From the NCBI GenBank assembly GCA_964202905.1, contig CAXNJO010000011.1, positions 96,001 to 160,000 of the forward strand: a stretch of 64,000 bases of DNA, given 5' to 3'. This document shows, piece by piece, positions 51,831 through 62,512 of this stretch. The notes under the pieces were generated by a model that was given only the letters and a program-made list of their open reading frames with translations, had not been told where the DNA came from and did not search any database. The DNA is from Polyangiales bacterium (GTDB lineage Bacteria; Myxococcota_A; Polyangia; Polyangiales; JADJQN01). How positions within the stretch are numbered: the first letter of the stretch is position 1; the number at the start of each line of letters is the position of its first letter. A program made the position numbers and the translations under genes.

Positions 51831-53240
51831 ATGGCTCAGCCGCTCTTCGCAGGCCCTGCATCCGGTTCGCCCATCACGATGAACCCCGATGGGGCGCTCA
51901 ACGTCCCCAACGACCCGATCATCCCCTTCATCGAGGGTGACGGCACCGGACGCGACATCTGGCGCTCGTCGGTGCGCGTCCTCGACGCGGCCGTCGCCAA
52001 GGCTTACGGCGGCACGCGGAAGATCCACTGGTGGGAGGTCTACGCCGGCGAGAAGGCCTTCCTCGAGTACAAGGCCTGGCTCCCCGACGAGACGGTCGAG
52101 GGCTTCCGCAAGTACCTCGTCGGCATCAAGGGCCCGCTGACGACGCCGATTGGCGGCGGCATCCGCTCTCTGAACGTCGCGCTCCGCCAGCTGCTCGACC
52201 TCTACGTCTGCCTCCGCCCGGTGCGCTGGTTCAAGGGCGTCCCCTCGCCCGTGAAGTCGCCGGACAAGGTCGACATGGTGATCTTCCGGGAGAACACGGA
52301 AGACATCTACGCGGGCATCGAGTGGGAGGCCGGCTCCGACGCCGCGAAGAAGGTCCTCGCGTTCGTGAAGGAGAACTTCCCGAAGGATTACGCGAAGATC
52401 CGCTTCCCCGAGTCCACGGGCATCGGCCTCAAGCCCGTCTCGCGCGAGGGCACGGAGCGCCTCGTGAAGGCCTCGATCGAGTACGCGCTCCGCTCGGGTC
52501 GCAAGAGCGTCACGCTCGTGCACAAGGGCAACATCATGAAGTTCACCGAGGGCGCCTTCCGCACGTGGGGTTACGACCTCGCGGCGACGGGCTTCCGCGC
52601 GGACGTCGTGACCGAGCGCGAGACGTGGATCCTCGGCAACCAGGAGTCGGACCCGAGCCTCAGCGTCGAGGGCAACGCGCGCCTCGTCGAGCCCGGCTAC
52701 GACATGCTCCCACCGAAGCAGAAGGAAGAGCTCCTCGCCGAGGTCACCGCCGCGCTCGCGCTCGCCCCCACGCACGGTGGTGGCCAGTGGCGCAAGAAGC
52801 TCCGCATCAAGGACAGCATCGCGGATATCACGCTCCAGCAGGTGCTCACGCGCCCCGCGGACTTCGAGGTCATCGCGACGCTCAACCTGAACGGAGACTA
52901 CCTCAGCGACGCGCTCGCCGCGCAGGTGGGCGGCATCGGGATCGCGCCTGGCGGCAACATCAACTACCTCACGGGCCACGCGATCTTCGAGGCGACTCAC
53001 GGCACCGCGCCGAAGTACGCCGACAAGGACCAGGTCAACCCGGGCAGCGTGATCCTGTCCGGCGAGATGATGCTGCGTCACCTCGGGTGGAACGAGGCGG
53101 CGGACCTCATCATCCGCGGCATGGACGGCGCGATCGCGGCCAAGACCGTGACGTACGACTTCGCGCGGATGATGGACGGCGCGACGCAGGTGAAGTGCAG
53201 CGAGTTCGGCGACGCGGTCATCCAGCACATGGGAGCGTGA
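51831..53240 (+). CDS. icd: NADP-dependent isocitrate dehydrogenase (dimeric type) with internal insertion
   Basis: [65 protein letters not shown]. Confidence 0.97.
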   Translation: MAQPLFAGPASGSPITMNPDGALNVPNDPIIPFIEGDGTGRDIWRSSVRVLDAAVAKAYGGTRKIHWWEVYAGEKAFLEYKAWLPDETVEGFRKYLVGIKGPLTTPIGGGIRSLNVALRQLLDLYVCLRPVRWFKGVPSPVKSPDKVDMVIFRENTEDIYAGIEWEAGSDAAKKVLAFVKENFPKDYAKIRFPESTGIGLKPVSREGTERLVKASIEYALRSGRKSVTLVHKGNIMKFTEGAFRTWGYDLAATGFRADVVTERETWILGNQESDPSLSVEGNARLVEPGYDMLPPKQKEELLAEVTAALALAPTHGGGQWRKKLRIKDSIADITLQQVLTRPADFEVIATLNLNGDYLSDALAAQVGGIGIAPGGNINYLTGHAIFEATHGTAPKYADKDQVNPGSVILSGEMMLRHLGWNEAADLIIRGMDGAIAAKTVTYDFARMMDGATQVKCSEFGDAVIQHMGA

Positions 53241-53242
53241 AC

Positions 53243-54181
53243 ATGGCGAAGCGAAACAAGATCGCGGTCATCGGTGCAGGCAACATCGGCGGCGAGCTGG
53301 CCATGCTGGCGGCCCGACGCGAGCTCGGGGACGTCGTCCTCCTCGACATCCCGGAGAAGGCGGATTTCGCGCGCGGCAAGGCGCTCGACATCATGCAGAC
53401 CGGCGCGCTCGACAAGTTCGACGCGAAGGTCATCGGCACGGGCGACTACGCCGACCTCGCGGGCGCGGACGTCGTGATCGTCACCGCCGGCGTGCCGCGC
53501 AAGCCGGGCATGTCGCGCGACGACCTCGTCTCGATCAACGCGAAGATCGTCCGCGCGGTCGGCGCGGGCATCAAGGCGCACGCGCCCGGCGCGTTCGTCG
53601 TCGTCATCTCGAACCCCCTCGACGCGATGGTCTACGAGATGAAGCGCGCGACGGGCTTCGACAAGTCGCGCGTCGTCGGCATGGCCGGCGTGCTCGACTC
53701 GGCGCGCTTCCAGTGCTTCATCGCCGAGGCCGCGGGCGTGAGCCCCAAGGAAGTCTCGACGCTCGTGCTCGGCGGGCACGGCGACACGATGGTGCCGTGC
53801 CTCTCCTACTGCACCGTCAACGGCATCCCCGTCCGCGAGCTCCTCGCGGAGGACGTGCTCGCCGCGATCGTGAAGCGCACGGCCGGCGGCGGCGGCGAGA
53901 TCGTGAAGCTCATGGGCACGAGCGCGTACTACGCGCCGGCCGCGGGCGCGCTCGCGATCGCCGAGGCGTTCCTCAAGGACCAGAAGCGCCTGCTCGCCTG
54001 CGCCGCCTTCCTCGAGGGCGAATACGGGTACGAGGGCTACTACATGGGCGTGCCCGTCATCATCGGCGGCGGCGGCGTGGAGAAGGTCGTGTCGGTCACG
54101 CTCTCGGCCGACGAGAAGGCCGCGCTCGACAAGAGCTTCGACGCCGTCCGCGAGGTCACCGAAGCCTCGCTGAAGCTCTGA
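53243..54181 (+). CDS. mdh: malate dehydrogenase (LDH-like)
   Basis: [45 protein letters not shown]. Confidence 0.97.
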   Translation: MAKRNKIAVIGAGNIGGELAMLAARRELGDVVLLDIPEKADFARGKALDIMQTGALDKFDAKVIGTGDYADLAGADVVIVTAGVPRKPGMSRDDLVSINAKIVRAVGAGIKAHAPGAFVVVISNPLDAMVYEMKRATGFDKSRVVGMAGVLDSARFQCFIAEAAGVSPKEVSTLVLGGHGDTMVPCLSYCTVNGIPVRELLAEDVLAAIVKRTAGGGGEIVKLMGTSAYYAPAAGALAIAEAFLKDQKRLLACAAFLEGEYGYEGYYMGVPVIIGGGGVEKVVSVTLSADEKAALDKSFDAVREVTEASLKL

Positions 54182-54218
54182 ACCCACGGTCGATGCGCCC
54201 CACCCGGAAGGCACCGCG

Positions 54219-55403
<1,185 letters not shown>

Positions 55404-55409
55404 TCACCG

Positions 55410-56294
55410 ATGTCCATCCTCGTCGACAAGAACACGCGCGTCCTCTTCCAGGGCATCACCGGGTCGGCCGGCAGCTTCCACGCGAAGCAGTGCATGGACT
55501 ACGGCACGAAGGTCGTCGCCGGCGTCACGCCCGGCAAGGGCGGCGAGAAGTTCGAGGGGAGAGTGCCGATCTTCGACACGGTCGCCACGGCCGTGCGCGA
55601 GACGGGCGCGAATGCCTCGTGCATCTTCGTCCCGCCCCCGTTTGCGGCGGATTCGATCCTCGAGGCGATCGACGCGGGCGTCGAGCTGATCATCGCGATC
55701 ACCGAGGGCATCCCGGTCACCGACATGATCAAGGTCCGCCGCGTCCTCGACGCGCAGACGCGCAGCCGCCTCATCGGCCCCAACTGCCCCGGTGTCATCA
55801 CGCCGGGTGAGTGCAAGATCGGCATCATGCCGGGCCACATCCACACGCCCGGGGGGCCGATCGGCGTCGTGTCCCGTTCAGGCACGCTCACGTACGAGGC
55901 GGTCGGCCAGCTCACGGCGCTCGGCATCGGCCAGAGCTCCTGCGTCGGCATCGGCGGCGACCCGGTGAACGGCACGGACTTCGTCGACGTCCTCAAGATG
56001 TTCAACGCGGACGGCAAGACCGAGGGCGTCATCATGATCGGCGAGATCGGCGGCGGCGCCGAAGAGCTCGGCGCGGCCTACATCAAGGCCCACTTCCACA
56101 AGCCGGTCGTCGGCTTCATCGCGGGCACGACGGCCCCGCCGGGTAAGCGCATGGGCCACGCGGGCGCCATCATCTCCGGTGGCAAGGGCACCGCGTCGGC
56201 GAAGATCGCGGCGATGACGGATGCCGGCGTGCGCATGGCGGCGACGCCGTCCGAGATGGGCAGCACCATGGCGGCCCTCCTCAAGAAGTCCTGA
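55410..56294 (+). CDS. sucD: succinyl-CoA synthetase alpha subunit
   Basis: [36 protein letters not shown]. Confidence 0.97.
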   Translation: MSILVDKNTRVLFQGITGSAGSFHAKQCMDYGTKVVAGVTPGKGGEKFEGRVPIFDTVATAVRETGANASCIFVPPPFAADSILEAIDAGVELIIAITEGIPVTDMIKVRRVLDAQTRSRLIGPNCPGVITPGECKIGIMPGHIHTPGGPIGVVSRSGTLTYEAVGQLTALGIGQSSCVGIGGDPVNGTDFVDVLKMFNADGKTEGVIMIGEIGGGAEELGAAYIKAHFHKPVVGFIAGTTAPPGKRMGHAGAIISGGKGTASAKIAAMTDAGVRMAATPSEMGSTMAALLKKS

Positions 56295-56385
56295 GCACGG
56301 CGCGGCCGCCGTCCCGCGAGGGATGCGCGCGGCCGCACGCACGGCTCCAACGCTCGGCAGTCACCCCAGGGAGAACGGATTCGTC

Positions 56386-56805
56386 ATGGCGATCGAACGC
56401 ACGCTGTCCATCATCAAGCCGGACGCAGTCGAGAAGAACCGCATCGGCGGGGTCATCGCGCTGATCGAGGGCGCTGGGCTCACGGTCAAGGCGGCCCGCA
56501 TGACGCACCTCACGCGCCCCGTCGCGGAGGGTTTCTACGCGGTCCACAAAGAGCGTCCCTTCTTCGGCGAGCTCGTGCAGTTCATGACGCGCGGCCCGGT
56601 CGTGGTCATGGCGCTCGAGGGTGAGAACGCGGTCGCCAAGTACCGTGAGCTCATGGGCGCGACGGATCCCGCGGCCGCGGCCGAGGGCACCATCCGCAAG
56701 GCCCATGGCAGCAGCAAGGGCGAGAACGCCGTGCACGGATCGGACGCGCTCGACACGGCGCGCAACGAGATCGCGTACTTCTTCCCCGGCCACGAGCTGC
56801 CCTGA
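56386..56805 (+). CDS. ndk: nucleoside diphosphate kinase
   Basis: [28 protein letters not shown]. Confidence 0.97.
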   Translation: MAIERTLSIIKPDAVEKNRIGGVIALIEGAGLTVKAARMTHLTRPVAEGFYAVHKERPFFGELVQFMTRGPVVVMALEGENAVAKYRELMGATDPAAAAEGTIRKAHGSSKGENAVHGSDALDTARNEIAYFFPGHELP

Positions 56806-56870
56806 TCCCCGCGAGATCGCCGCGCGCCGGTGATCGCCTGCGCCCCCCTCCGCGAGAGCGGCTGGGGGGC

Positions 56871-59231
56871 GTGTGCTTGGGGGCTCTCGGCAGCGCGCGT
56901 CGTGGCCCGCGGTCTCGCCGTTGCGTGGTGCGCGGGGCCGCGGTGTGGGGCGACGAGGGGCGGGAGGGATGGGCGCTGCGGCGGCGCGCGGCTGCGCGGG
57001 GCGACGTCCGGTGCGCAGGCGCCGTGTCGCGCGCGTCCGGAGCGCCGGTGGCGGGGAGGGGGGCTGCGCTCGCGGCGCTCGTCGTGGGCAGTCTGCTCAT
57101 TGCCTGCGTACCGGGCATGGCGCGCCCATCGCGGCAGACGGGCCACGTGCGCGCCACGACGCGCGTGGACGACGCCGCGGTCACGCTCGCCGCGCGGCTG
57201 CCCAGCGACGTGACCCGCTGCGTGGTCGCGCGCCCCGCGCGTCTCCCGCCGGCGCGCCGCGCGGTGTTCGCACGGGTGGCGCACGCGAACCCGATCGCCT
57301 GGCTCGCGTCGTGGCCGATCCGCGCGTTCGCGAGCGCCGAGGTGCGTCGTGCGGATGGGGCGCGCGGCGCGCTCTGGCTGCTGCGCACGGAGGGTACGGC
57401 CGCACGGGTGCGCGCGGCGCTCGCGTCGCAGCCGCACCTCGCGCTGCGATGGGGTGGCGGGGTTGCGTGTCGCGGGCCCGAGTGCGCGGCGTCCGCGGTG
57501 CGCGAGCCGGATGGCGTCGTGCGCATCGAGCACGCGTGGCCCACGGCGCAGCCGCTGCTCGTGGGCCGTGCTTCAGAGGGGCCGTGCGCGCGCCTCGCCC
57601 GTGCTGCACCCGACGCGGTCGAGGTCAGCGTCTCGGAGGGCGCAGCGCCCGGCGTCGTGCGCGAGTCGCGCGTGCTCCGCGTAGTGGGCGCCCGTGCGTT
57701 CGCCGAGGAGCGCCTCACGACGCGCAGTCCAGCGGCGACGCAGCGCGTGCTCAGGTGGCTCGATGCCGTCGCAGGCGATGGAGATGATGGCATCATGGGA
57801 GATGGTGTGTGGCGTCTCGTCGAGCGCGTCGCGCGCGGTCGCACCATCGTCTCGCGGTACGAGGTGGGCTTCGACGATCTCGCTCTGCGTGCGGCGGACG
57901 AGCGGCGCCTCGCCGACGCGCTCCGCGAGGAGCACGCGCTCGCGGGGCCGCTCCCGCTCGAAGCGCTCGATCTTCGCGACGCGGAGCTCGTGGCTGCGCA
58001 ATGCGCGCTCCGCCGCGCGCAGGTGGACTTCTCCCGCGGGGCGGCGCGTGTCGAGGCCGTTGGGGCGCTCGGGGCGCTGCTCGAGGCCGCGCACACCGCG
58101 CAGCCCGACGACGCGGAGATCGCGCGTGCGCTCGTGCGCTTCCGCCTCGATGAGGGCGCAGCGGGCGAGGCGGCCGCCGCGCTCGCTGCGGACATGGCCG
58201 CGCGCGACCCCGTCTCCACGGATGCGTGGCGTCTGCTCGAGCGTGAGGGGCTCGCCGTCGCTGCGAGCCCGGGGCTCGCGCCGCGGCTCGTGCGCGATGC
58301 GATCGCCGGGCCGCGGGAGGCGGGCCGCGTGGCGGCCGACGCGAGCGAGGCGCGCCGCGCGGGCCTCGCCTACGCCTGGGCCGAGGGCGCTGCGGCCGCT
58401 GGACAGCGGTTCGACGCGCTGGCCGGCAGCGCCGCGGTGCGGCGTGTCCCGTCGTCCACCGCGCTCTCAATCGTCGGCCTCCCCGCAGCGCTCGTGTGGA
58501 TCGCGCGGCTCGGGGCGCCCGATCCGCAGGCGCCGTTCGCGGCCTACGTGCTCGCGCGTACGGCGTCGATCGCCGCGGAAGCGCCGGTCGCGGGCGCCGG
58601 CGTTGCGGGCGCCGGGGACGCGAGGGAAGAGGTGCCACGCGGCGTGCGCATCCGGGGGGCGCGCGGCGGCGAGGGCCTCCTCTTCGCCGTGCGCTCGGAC
58701 GAGGGGCTCGACGCGCTCGTCGCGCTCGGGAGCGCGGTGGCACGAGCACTCGACGGGGCTGGGCGCGCGGAGGTCGCGCTCGCCTTCGTGCCGATCGAGG
58801 CGGCGTCTTTTGCGCCGGCGTGGACGCTGGTCCTCCGTGGCCGCGTCGAGGGTGGGGCGCTCCTTCTCGGCGAGGTCTCGCGCGCGGCTTCGTCGATCGA
58901 CTGGGACCTCGTGGCGCGCACGCTCGCTGGTCCGCTCGCGGCGTTCACGCAGCGCTTTCCGCTGCCCGCGCTCGAGGTCGTGCTGCGCGACGGGGACGAG
59001 GCGCGGCGTGCGGCGGAGCGTGTCGTCGATGCCACGTGCAGCGTCGAGGGCGGGCGTGTCCGCTGCGTCGCGCCGAGCGCGGCGGAACTCGGCGATGCTG
59101 CGCGCGCGATCGCCGCGCCGCTGCTCGGTACGTCGCCGGGGCTGCTGTGGTCGGCACCTTCTGCGCCGCGCGCGCGCGGGGCGCCGTCTCGGCGTGCACG
59201 GGGGCTTCCCGGCGGGCTGCGGTCGCAGTAG
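56871..59231 (+). CDS. large Ala/Arg-rich hypothetical protein, probable lipoprotein
   Basis: Long ORF between ndk and dapD; lipobox-like LLIAC near 57105, so the real start is probably about 57048; central TPR-like helices. Confidence 0.55.
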   Translation: MCLGALGSARRGPRSRRCVVRGAAVWGDEGREGWALRRRAAARGDVRCAGAVSRASGAPVAGRGAALAALVVGSLLIACVPGMARPSRQTGHVRATTRVDDAAVTLAARLPSDVTRCVVARPARLPPARRAVFARVAHANPIAWLASWPIRAFASAEVRRADGARGALWLLRTEGTAARVRAALASQPHLALRWGGGVACRGPECAASAVREPDGVVRIEHAWPTAQPLLVGRASEGPCARLARAAPDAVEVSVSEGAAPGVVRESRVLRVVGARAFAEERLTTRSPAATQRVLRWLDAVAGDGDDGIMGDGVWRLVERVARGRTIVSRYEVGFDDLALRAADERRLADALREEHALAGPLPLEALDLRDAELVAAQCALRRAQVDFSRGAARVEAVGALGALLEAAHTAQPDDAEIARALVRFRLDEGAAGEAAAALAADMAARDPVSTDAWRLLEREGLAVAASPGLAPRLVRDAIAGPREAGRVAADASEARRAGLAYAWAEGAAAAGQRFDALAGSAAVRRVPSSTALSIVGLPAALVWIARLGAPDPQAPFAAYVLARTASIAAEAPVAGAGVAGAGDAREEVPRGVRIRGARGGEGLLFAVRSDEGLDALVALGSAVARALDGAGRAEVALAFVPIEAASFAPAWTLVLRGRVEGGALLLGEVSRAASSIDWDLVARTLAGPLAAFTQRFPLPALEVVLRDGDEARRAAERVVDATCSVEGGRVRCVAPSAAELGDAARAIAAPLLGTSPGLLWSAPSAPRARGAPSRRARGLPGGLRSQ

Positions 59232-59242
59232 AACCCCGCGTG

Positions 59243-60079
59243 ATGCACGACTCCCCCCACGAAGCGCTGCGCGTCCTCGTCGAGGCCGCTTGGGCCGATC
59301 GCGCGCTCCTCGCTCGCCCCGATCACGTGGCCGCCGTCGAGGAGACGATCGCGTGTCTCGACCGCGGCGCGCTGCGTGTCGCGACGCACGACGCGACGGC
59401 CGACGCCTGGACGACGCACGCGTGGATCAAGCAGGCGATCCTCTTGTATTTCGCGGTGCGCCGGATGGAGCGCATCGAGGTCGGCCCCTTCGAGTTCCAC
59501 GACAAGATCCCGTTGAAGCGGGGGCTCGATGTCGCGGGCGTGCGTGTCGTGCCGCCGGGTGTCGCGCGCTACGGCTCGTTCCTCGCGGAGGGGGCGATCC
59601 TCATGCCGGGTTACGTGAACATCGGCGCCTACGTCGGTGCAGGCACGATGGTCGACACGTGGGCGACGGTCGGGTCCTGCGCGCAGATCGGTCGCGACGT
59701 GCACCTCGCGGGCGGCGTCGGGATCGGCGGGGTGCTCGAGCCGCCGAGCGCGACACCGGTGATCGTCGAAGACGGCGTGTTCGTCGGCTCGCGTGCCGTG
59801 CTCGTCGAGGGCGTGCGGATCGGGCGTGAGGCCGTGATCGGCGCGAACGTCGTCATCACCGCGTCCATTCCGATCCTCGACGTGACCGGTCCGGAGCTGG
59901 TCGAGCACCGCGGCTACGTCCCGCCGCGCAGCGTCGTCATCCCGGGTGTGCGCACGCGCGGCTTCCCCGCGGGGCAGTTCGGCGTGCCGTGCCCGCTCAT
60001 CGTCGGCAAGCGCGGCGAAGAGACGGACCGCAAGGTCTCGCTCAACGCGGCCCTCCGCGCGTTCGGTGTGATGACGTGA
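59243..60079 (+). CDS. dapD: tetrahydrodipicolinate N-succinyltransferase
   Basis: WIKQAILLYF, FHDKIPLK, RVVPP, VNIGAYV, DTWATVGSCAQIG, GGVLEP. Confidence 0.96.
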   Translation: MHDSPHEALRVLVEAAWADRALLARPDHVAAVEETIACLDRGALRVATHDATADAWTTHAWIKQAILLYFAVRRMERIEVGPFEFHDKIPLKRGLDVAGVRVVPPGVARYGSFLAEGAILMPGYVNIGAYVGAGTMVDTWATVGSCAQIGRDVHLAGGVGIGGVLEPPSATPVIVEDGVFVGSRAVLVEGVRIGREAVIGANVVITASIPILDVTGPELVEHRGYVPPRSVVIPGVRTRGFPAGQFGVPCPLIVGKRGEETDRKVSLNAALRAFGVMT

Positions 60080-61149
60080 CCGACCTCGCGGGTTCCCTGC
60101 GCGATATCCTGCTCGAGATTACGCGCATCCCGAGCCCGATCGGCGAAGAGCGCGCGTTGTGTGATCACCTCGCGGCGCGACTCGGCCGCGCGCTCGGCGC
60201 CGCCGCGGTGCACCGGCACGCCGACTCGCTCGTCGTGCGCGTCGGCGCGCGCGAGCGGGCGCCGCGCATCGCGCTCGTCGGGCACACGGACGTCGTGCGC
60301 ACCGAGCACGACGGCCCCGTGCGCGTCGAGGGAGACCGCCTGTACGGGCCGGGTGCGGCCGACATGAAGGCCGGGCTCGCCGTGATGATCGCGCTCGCAG
60401 AGCGCCTCGATCGCGCGGCGCTCCCCGTCGACCTCGTGATGGTGTTCTACGAGCGCGAAGAGGGGCCGTACGCCGAGAACATGCTCGGGCCGCTCCTCGA
60501 GCGCTTCGCGGAGCTGCGCGATCGCGACCTCGCCATCTGTCTCGAGCCGAGCGACAACAAATTGCAACTCGGTTGCATGGGCTCGTTGCACGCGACGCTC
60601 GTCTTCGAGGGGCGCACCGCGCACAGCGCGCGTCCGTGGCAGGGCGAGAACGCGATCACGAAGAGCGCGGAGCTGCTCGCGGCGCTCGGCGCACGCGCAC
60701 CGCACGAGGTGCTCGTGGACGGGCATCGTTTCGTGGAGGTGATGACCCCGACGCTCGCCTCCGGAGGACGCGGACGGAACGTCGTGCCCGACCGCTTCGA
60801 GGTGAACGTGAACTATCGCTTCGCGCCTGGCCGCACGCCGGAAGAGGCCCTCGACGGGCTCCGCGCGTGGGTCGGTGCGCGCGCGCGCGTGGAGGCGACC
60901 GACCTCTCGCCGGCCGGACGCCCGCATGCGGCGCACCCGCTCGTGCAGCGGCTCGCCGCCTGCGGCGCGCGCGCGGTGGAGACGAAGCAGGCGTGGACGG
61001 ACGTCGCGCGCTTCGACCGCATCGGCGTGCCGGCGGTGAACTTCGGGCCGGGCACGCAGGCGCAGGCGCACCAGCGCAACGAGTACACGGAGCTTCCGCT
61101 GCTCGAAGAGGGCTACGGGATCCTCGCGCGCTTCCTCCTCGGGGTGTGA
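60076..61149 (+). CDS. dapE: succinyl-diaminopimelate desuccinylase (M20)
   Basis: GHTDVV, GAADMK, FYEREE, HSARPW, WTDVARF, NFGPG...AH; GTGA overlap with dapD. Confidence 0.9.
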   Translation: MTDLAGSLRDILLEITRIPSPIGEERALCDHLAARLGRALGAAAVHRHADSLVVRVGARERAPRIALVGHTDVVRTEHDGPVRVEGDRLYGPGAADMKAGLAVMIALAERLDRAALPVDLVMVFYEREEGPYAENMLGPLLERFAELRDRDLAICLEPSDNKLQLGCMGSLHATLVFEGRTAHSARPWQGENAITKSAELLAALGARAPHEVLVDGHRFVEVMTPTLASGGRGRNVVPDRFEVNVNYRFAPGRTPEEALDGLRAWVGARARVEATDLSPAGRPHAAHPLVQRLAACGARAVETKQAWTDVARFDRIGVPAVNFGPGTQAQAHQRNEYTELPLLEEGYGILARFLLGV

Positions 61150-61232
61150 CGACGCGCCCGGGCCGGGTGCCCGCGGCCAGGGCGCGCTGCGCAGCGCCCA
61201 CCGACCCGGATGCCGCCATCGCCGCGCCGAAT

Positions 61233-61294
61233 CGAGGCCCCCGCAACGAGGCCCCCGCAACGAGGCCCCCGCAACGAGGCCCCCGCCAACGAGG
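61233..61294. repeat. 14-bp tandem repeat CGAGGCCCCCGCAA (3 perfect copies, one 15-bp variant, one partial)
   Basis: Read directly; intergenic between convergent dapE and fliC. Confidence 0.92.
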
Positions 61295-61325
61295 AACGGG
61301 GCCCAGCCGAAGGCTGGACCCCGTT
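61295..61325 (-). terminator. hairpin downstream of flagellin
   Basis: Minus strand AACGGGGUCCAGCC-UUC-GGCUGGGCCCCGUU; the single mismatch is a G-U pair only on the fliC strand. Confidence 0.7.
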
Positions 61326-61347
61326 GCGCGTCGAACCTCAGGGGTGA

Positions 61348-62187
61348 TCAGCGAAGCAGCGAGAGCGCTGCCTGCGGAGCGAGGTTCGCCTGGGACAGAA
61401 CGGCGACGCCGGCCTGCATCAGGATGTTGTTTCGGGTCATCGCGGAGCTTTCCTCGGCCACGTCGACGTCGCGGATGCGCGAGTTGGCGGCCGTGAGGTT
61501 CTCGCGGGCGCTCATCAGGTTCGAGACCGTGACCTGCAGACGGTTCTGGACCGAGCCGAGGGCCGAGCGGGATTGCGAGGTGTCGGCGATGGCCGTGTCG
61601 AGGCTCGTGAGGGCGGACGTGGCGCCGGTGCCCGTCGAGATGTCGAGCGCCGAGAGGTCGGTGTTGCTCTGGCCGTACGAGGTGTTCGACAGCGTGTCCA
61701 TGCTCGCGGTGATCGTGTCGGACGCGTTCGTGCCGATGCCGACCTGGAAGTTGAAGGCCGAGGTCGAGCCGTCGAGGAGGTTCACGCCGTTGAACTGCGT
61801 GACGTCCGCGATACGGCCGATCTCTTCCTGCAACTCGTTGAACTCGGTCTGGAGCAGGGCCTTCTCGGAGGTGCCGACCGTGTCCGTGGAGGCCTGCATC
61901 GCAAGCTCACGCATGCGGATCAGCAGGCCGCTGTTCTCGTTCATCGCGCCCTCGGCGGTCTGCAAGAGACTGATTCCGTCGTTCGCGTTGCGCTCGGCCT
62001 GGCCGAGCGAACGGATCTGGGACTTCAGTCGCTCGCTAATCGCGAGGCCGGCGGCGTCATCGGCCGCCGTGTTGATGCGAAGACCGCTCGAGAGACGACC
62101 AAAGTTCGCCGCGAGGGTCTTCTGGGTTTGGGAGAGGTTTCGCTGGGCGCCGAGAGACTCGACGTTGGTCTTGATACTGAGGGCCAT
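61348..62187 (-). CDS. fliC: flagellin (279 aa, D0/D1 only)
   Basis: MALSIKTNV, RLSSGLRINTAADDAAGLAIS, RNANDGIS, LGSVQNRL, SRIRDVDVAEE, ALSLL; AGGAG RBS. Confidence 0.97.
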   Translation of the reverse strand: MALSIKTNVESLGAQRNLSQTQKTLAANFGRLSSGLRINTAADDAAGLAISERLKSQIRSLGQAERNANDGISLLQTAEGAMNENSGLLIRMRELAMQASTDTVGTSEKALLQTEFNELQEEIGRIADVTQFNGVNLLDGSTSAFNFQVGIGTNASDTITASMDTLSNTSYGQSNTDLSALDISTGTGATSALTSLDTAIADTSQSRSALGSVQNRLQVTVSNLMSARENLTAANSRIRDVDVAEESSAMTRNNILMQAGVAVLSQANLAPQAALSLLR

Positions 62188-62192
62188 GGGTT

Positions 62193-62233
62193 GCTCCTAT
62201 CCGTGAGCGCTAAAGATCGTCTTCCTGACGACC
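62193..62233 (-). promoter_or_regulatory. two GGA-loop hairpins in the fliC 5' leader (candidate CsrA sites)
   Basis: GGUCGUC-AGGAA-GACGAUC (62233-62215) and GCUC-ACGGAUAG-GAGC (62208-62193, overlapping the SD). Confidence 0.7.
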
Positions 62234-62475
62234 GAAGAAGCATGGGCGGATCCCGAGACGATGATCAAGCCCACACCTGCGATTTCCCCAAGGGGCGACG
62301 TGCGCCCGCAGAAAAGCCCAGAAAAAGCGGGGATCCGTGCCGCGCGCGGGCGACCTCCTCCGGCGCCTCCGGGCCCTGCCGGGGCGCGCGGGCGCTGATC
62401 GGGGCCTTCGCAAGCGCTCCGGCGCGGCGTTTCCGAGCGGGGTGGTGACGCGTGAGCGCATCGCGCACCGGGCGA

Positions 62476-62504
62476 TTGCGATGGCGTGCGTCGCCCTGCA
62501 TGCT
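62476..62504 (+). promoter_or_regulatory. putative sigma70 promoter of rlmN (TTGCGA-N17-CATGCT)
   Basis: -10 ends 8 nt before ATG 62513. Confidence 0.45.
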
Positions 62505-62512
62505 CGCGCGCC

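Noticed and set aside
56302..56337. GCGA-loop hairpin between sucD and ndk as an ncRNA or riboswitch
   Set aside because: A single GC-rich stem with no recognisable family features; probably a terminator or stability element
61233..61294. CRISPR array
   Set aside because: Units are 14 bp, directly abutting, with no spacers and no cas genes
62211..62238. sigma28-like TAAAGATC...ACCGAAGA
   Set aside because: On the strand opposite to fliC, with an imperfect -10 and spacing; explained by the leader hairpin sequence
62325..62342. sigma54-like CGGCAC...GC upstream of fliC
   Set aside because: GG-to-GC spacing is off by one and there is no TTGC
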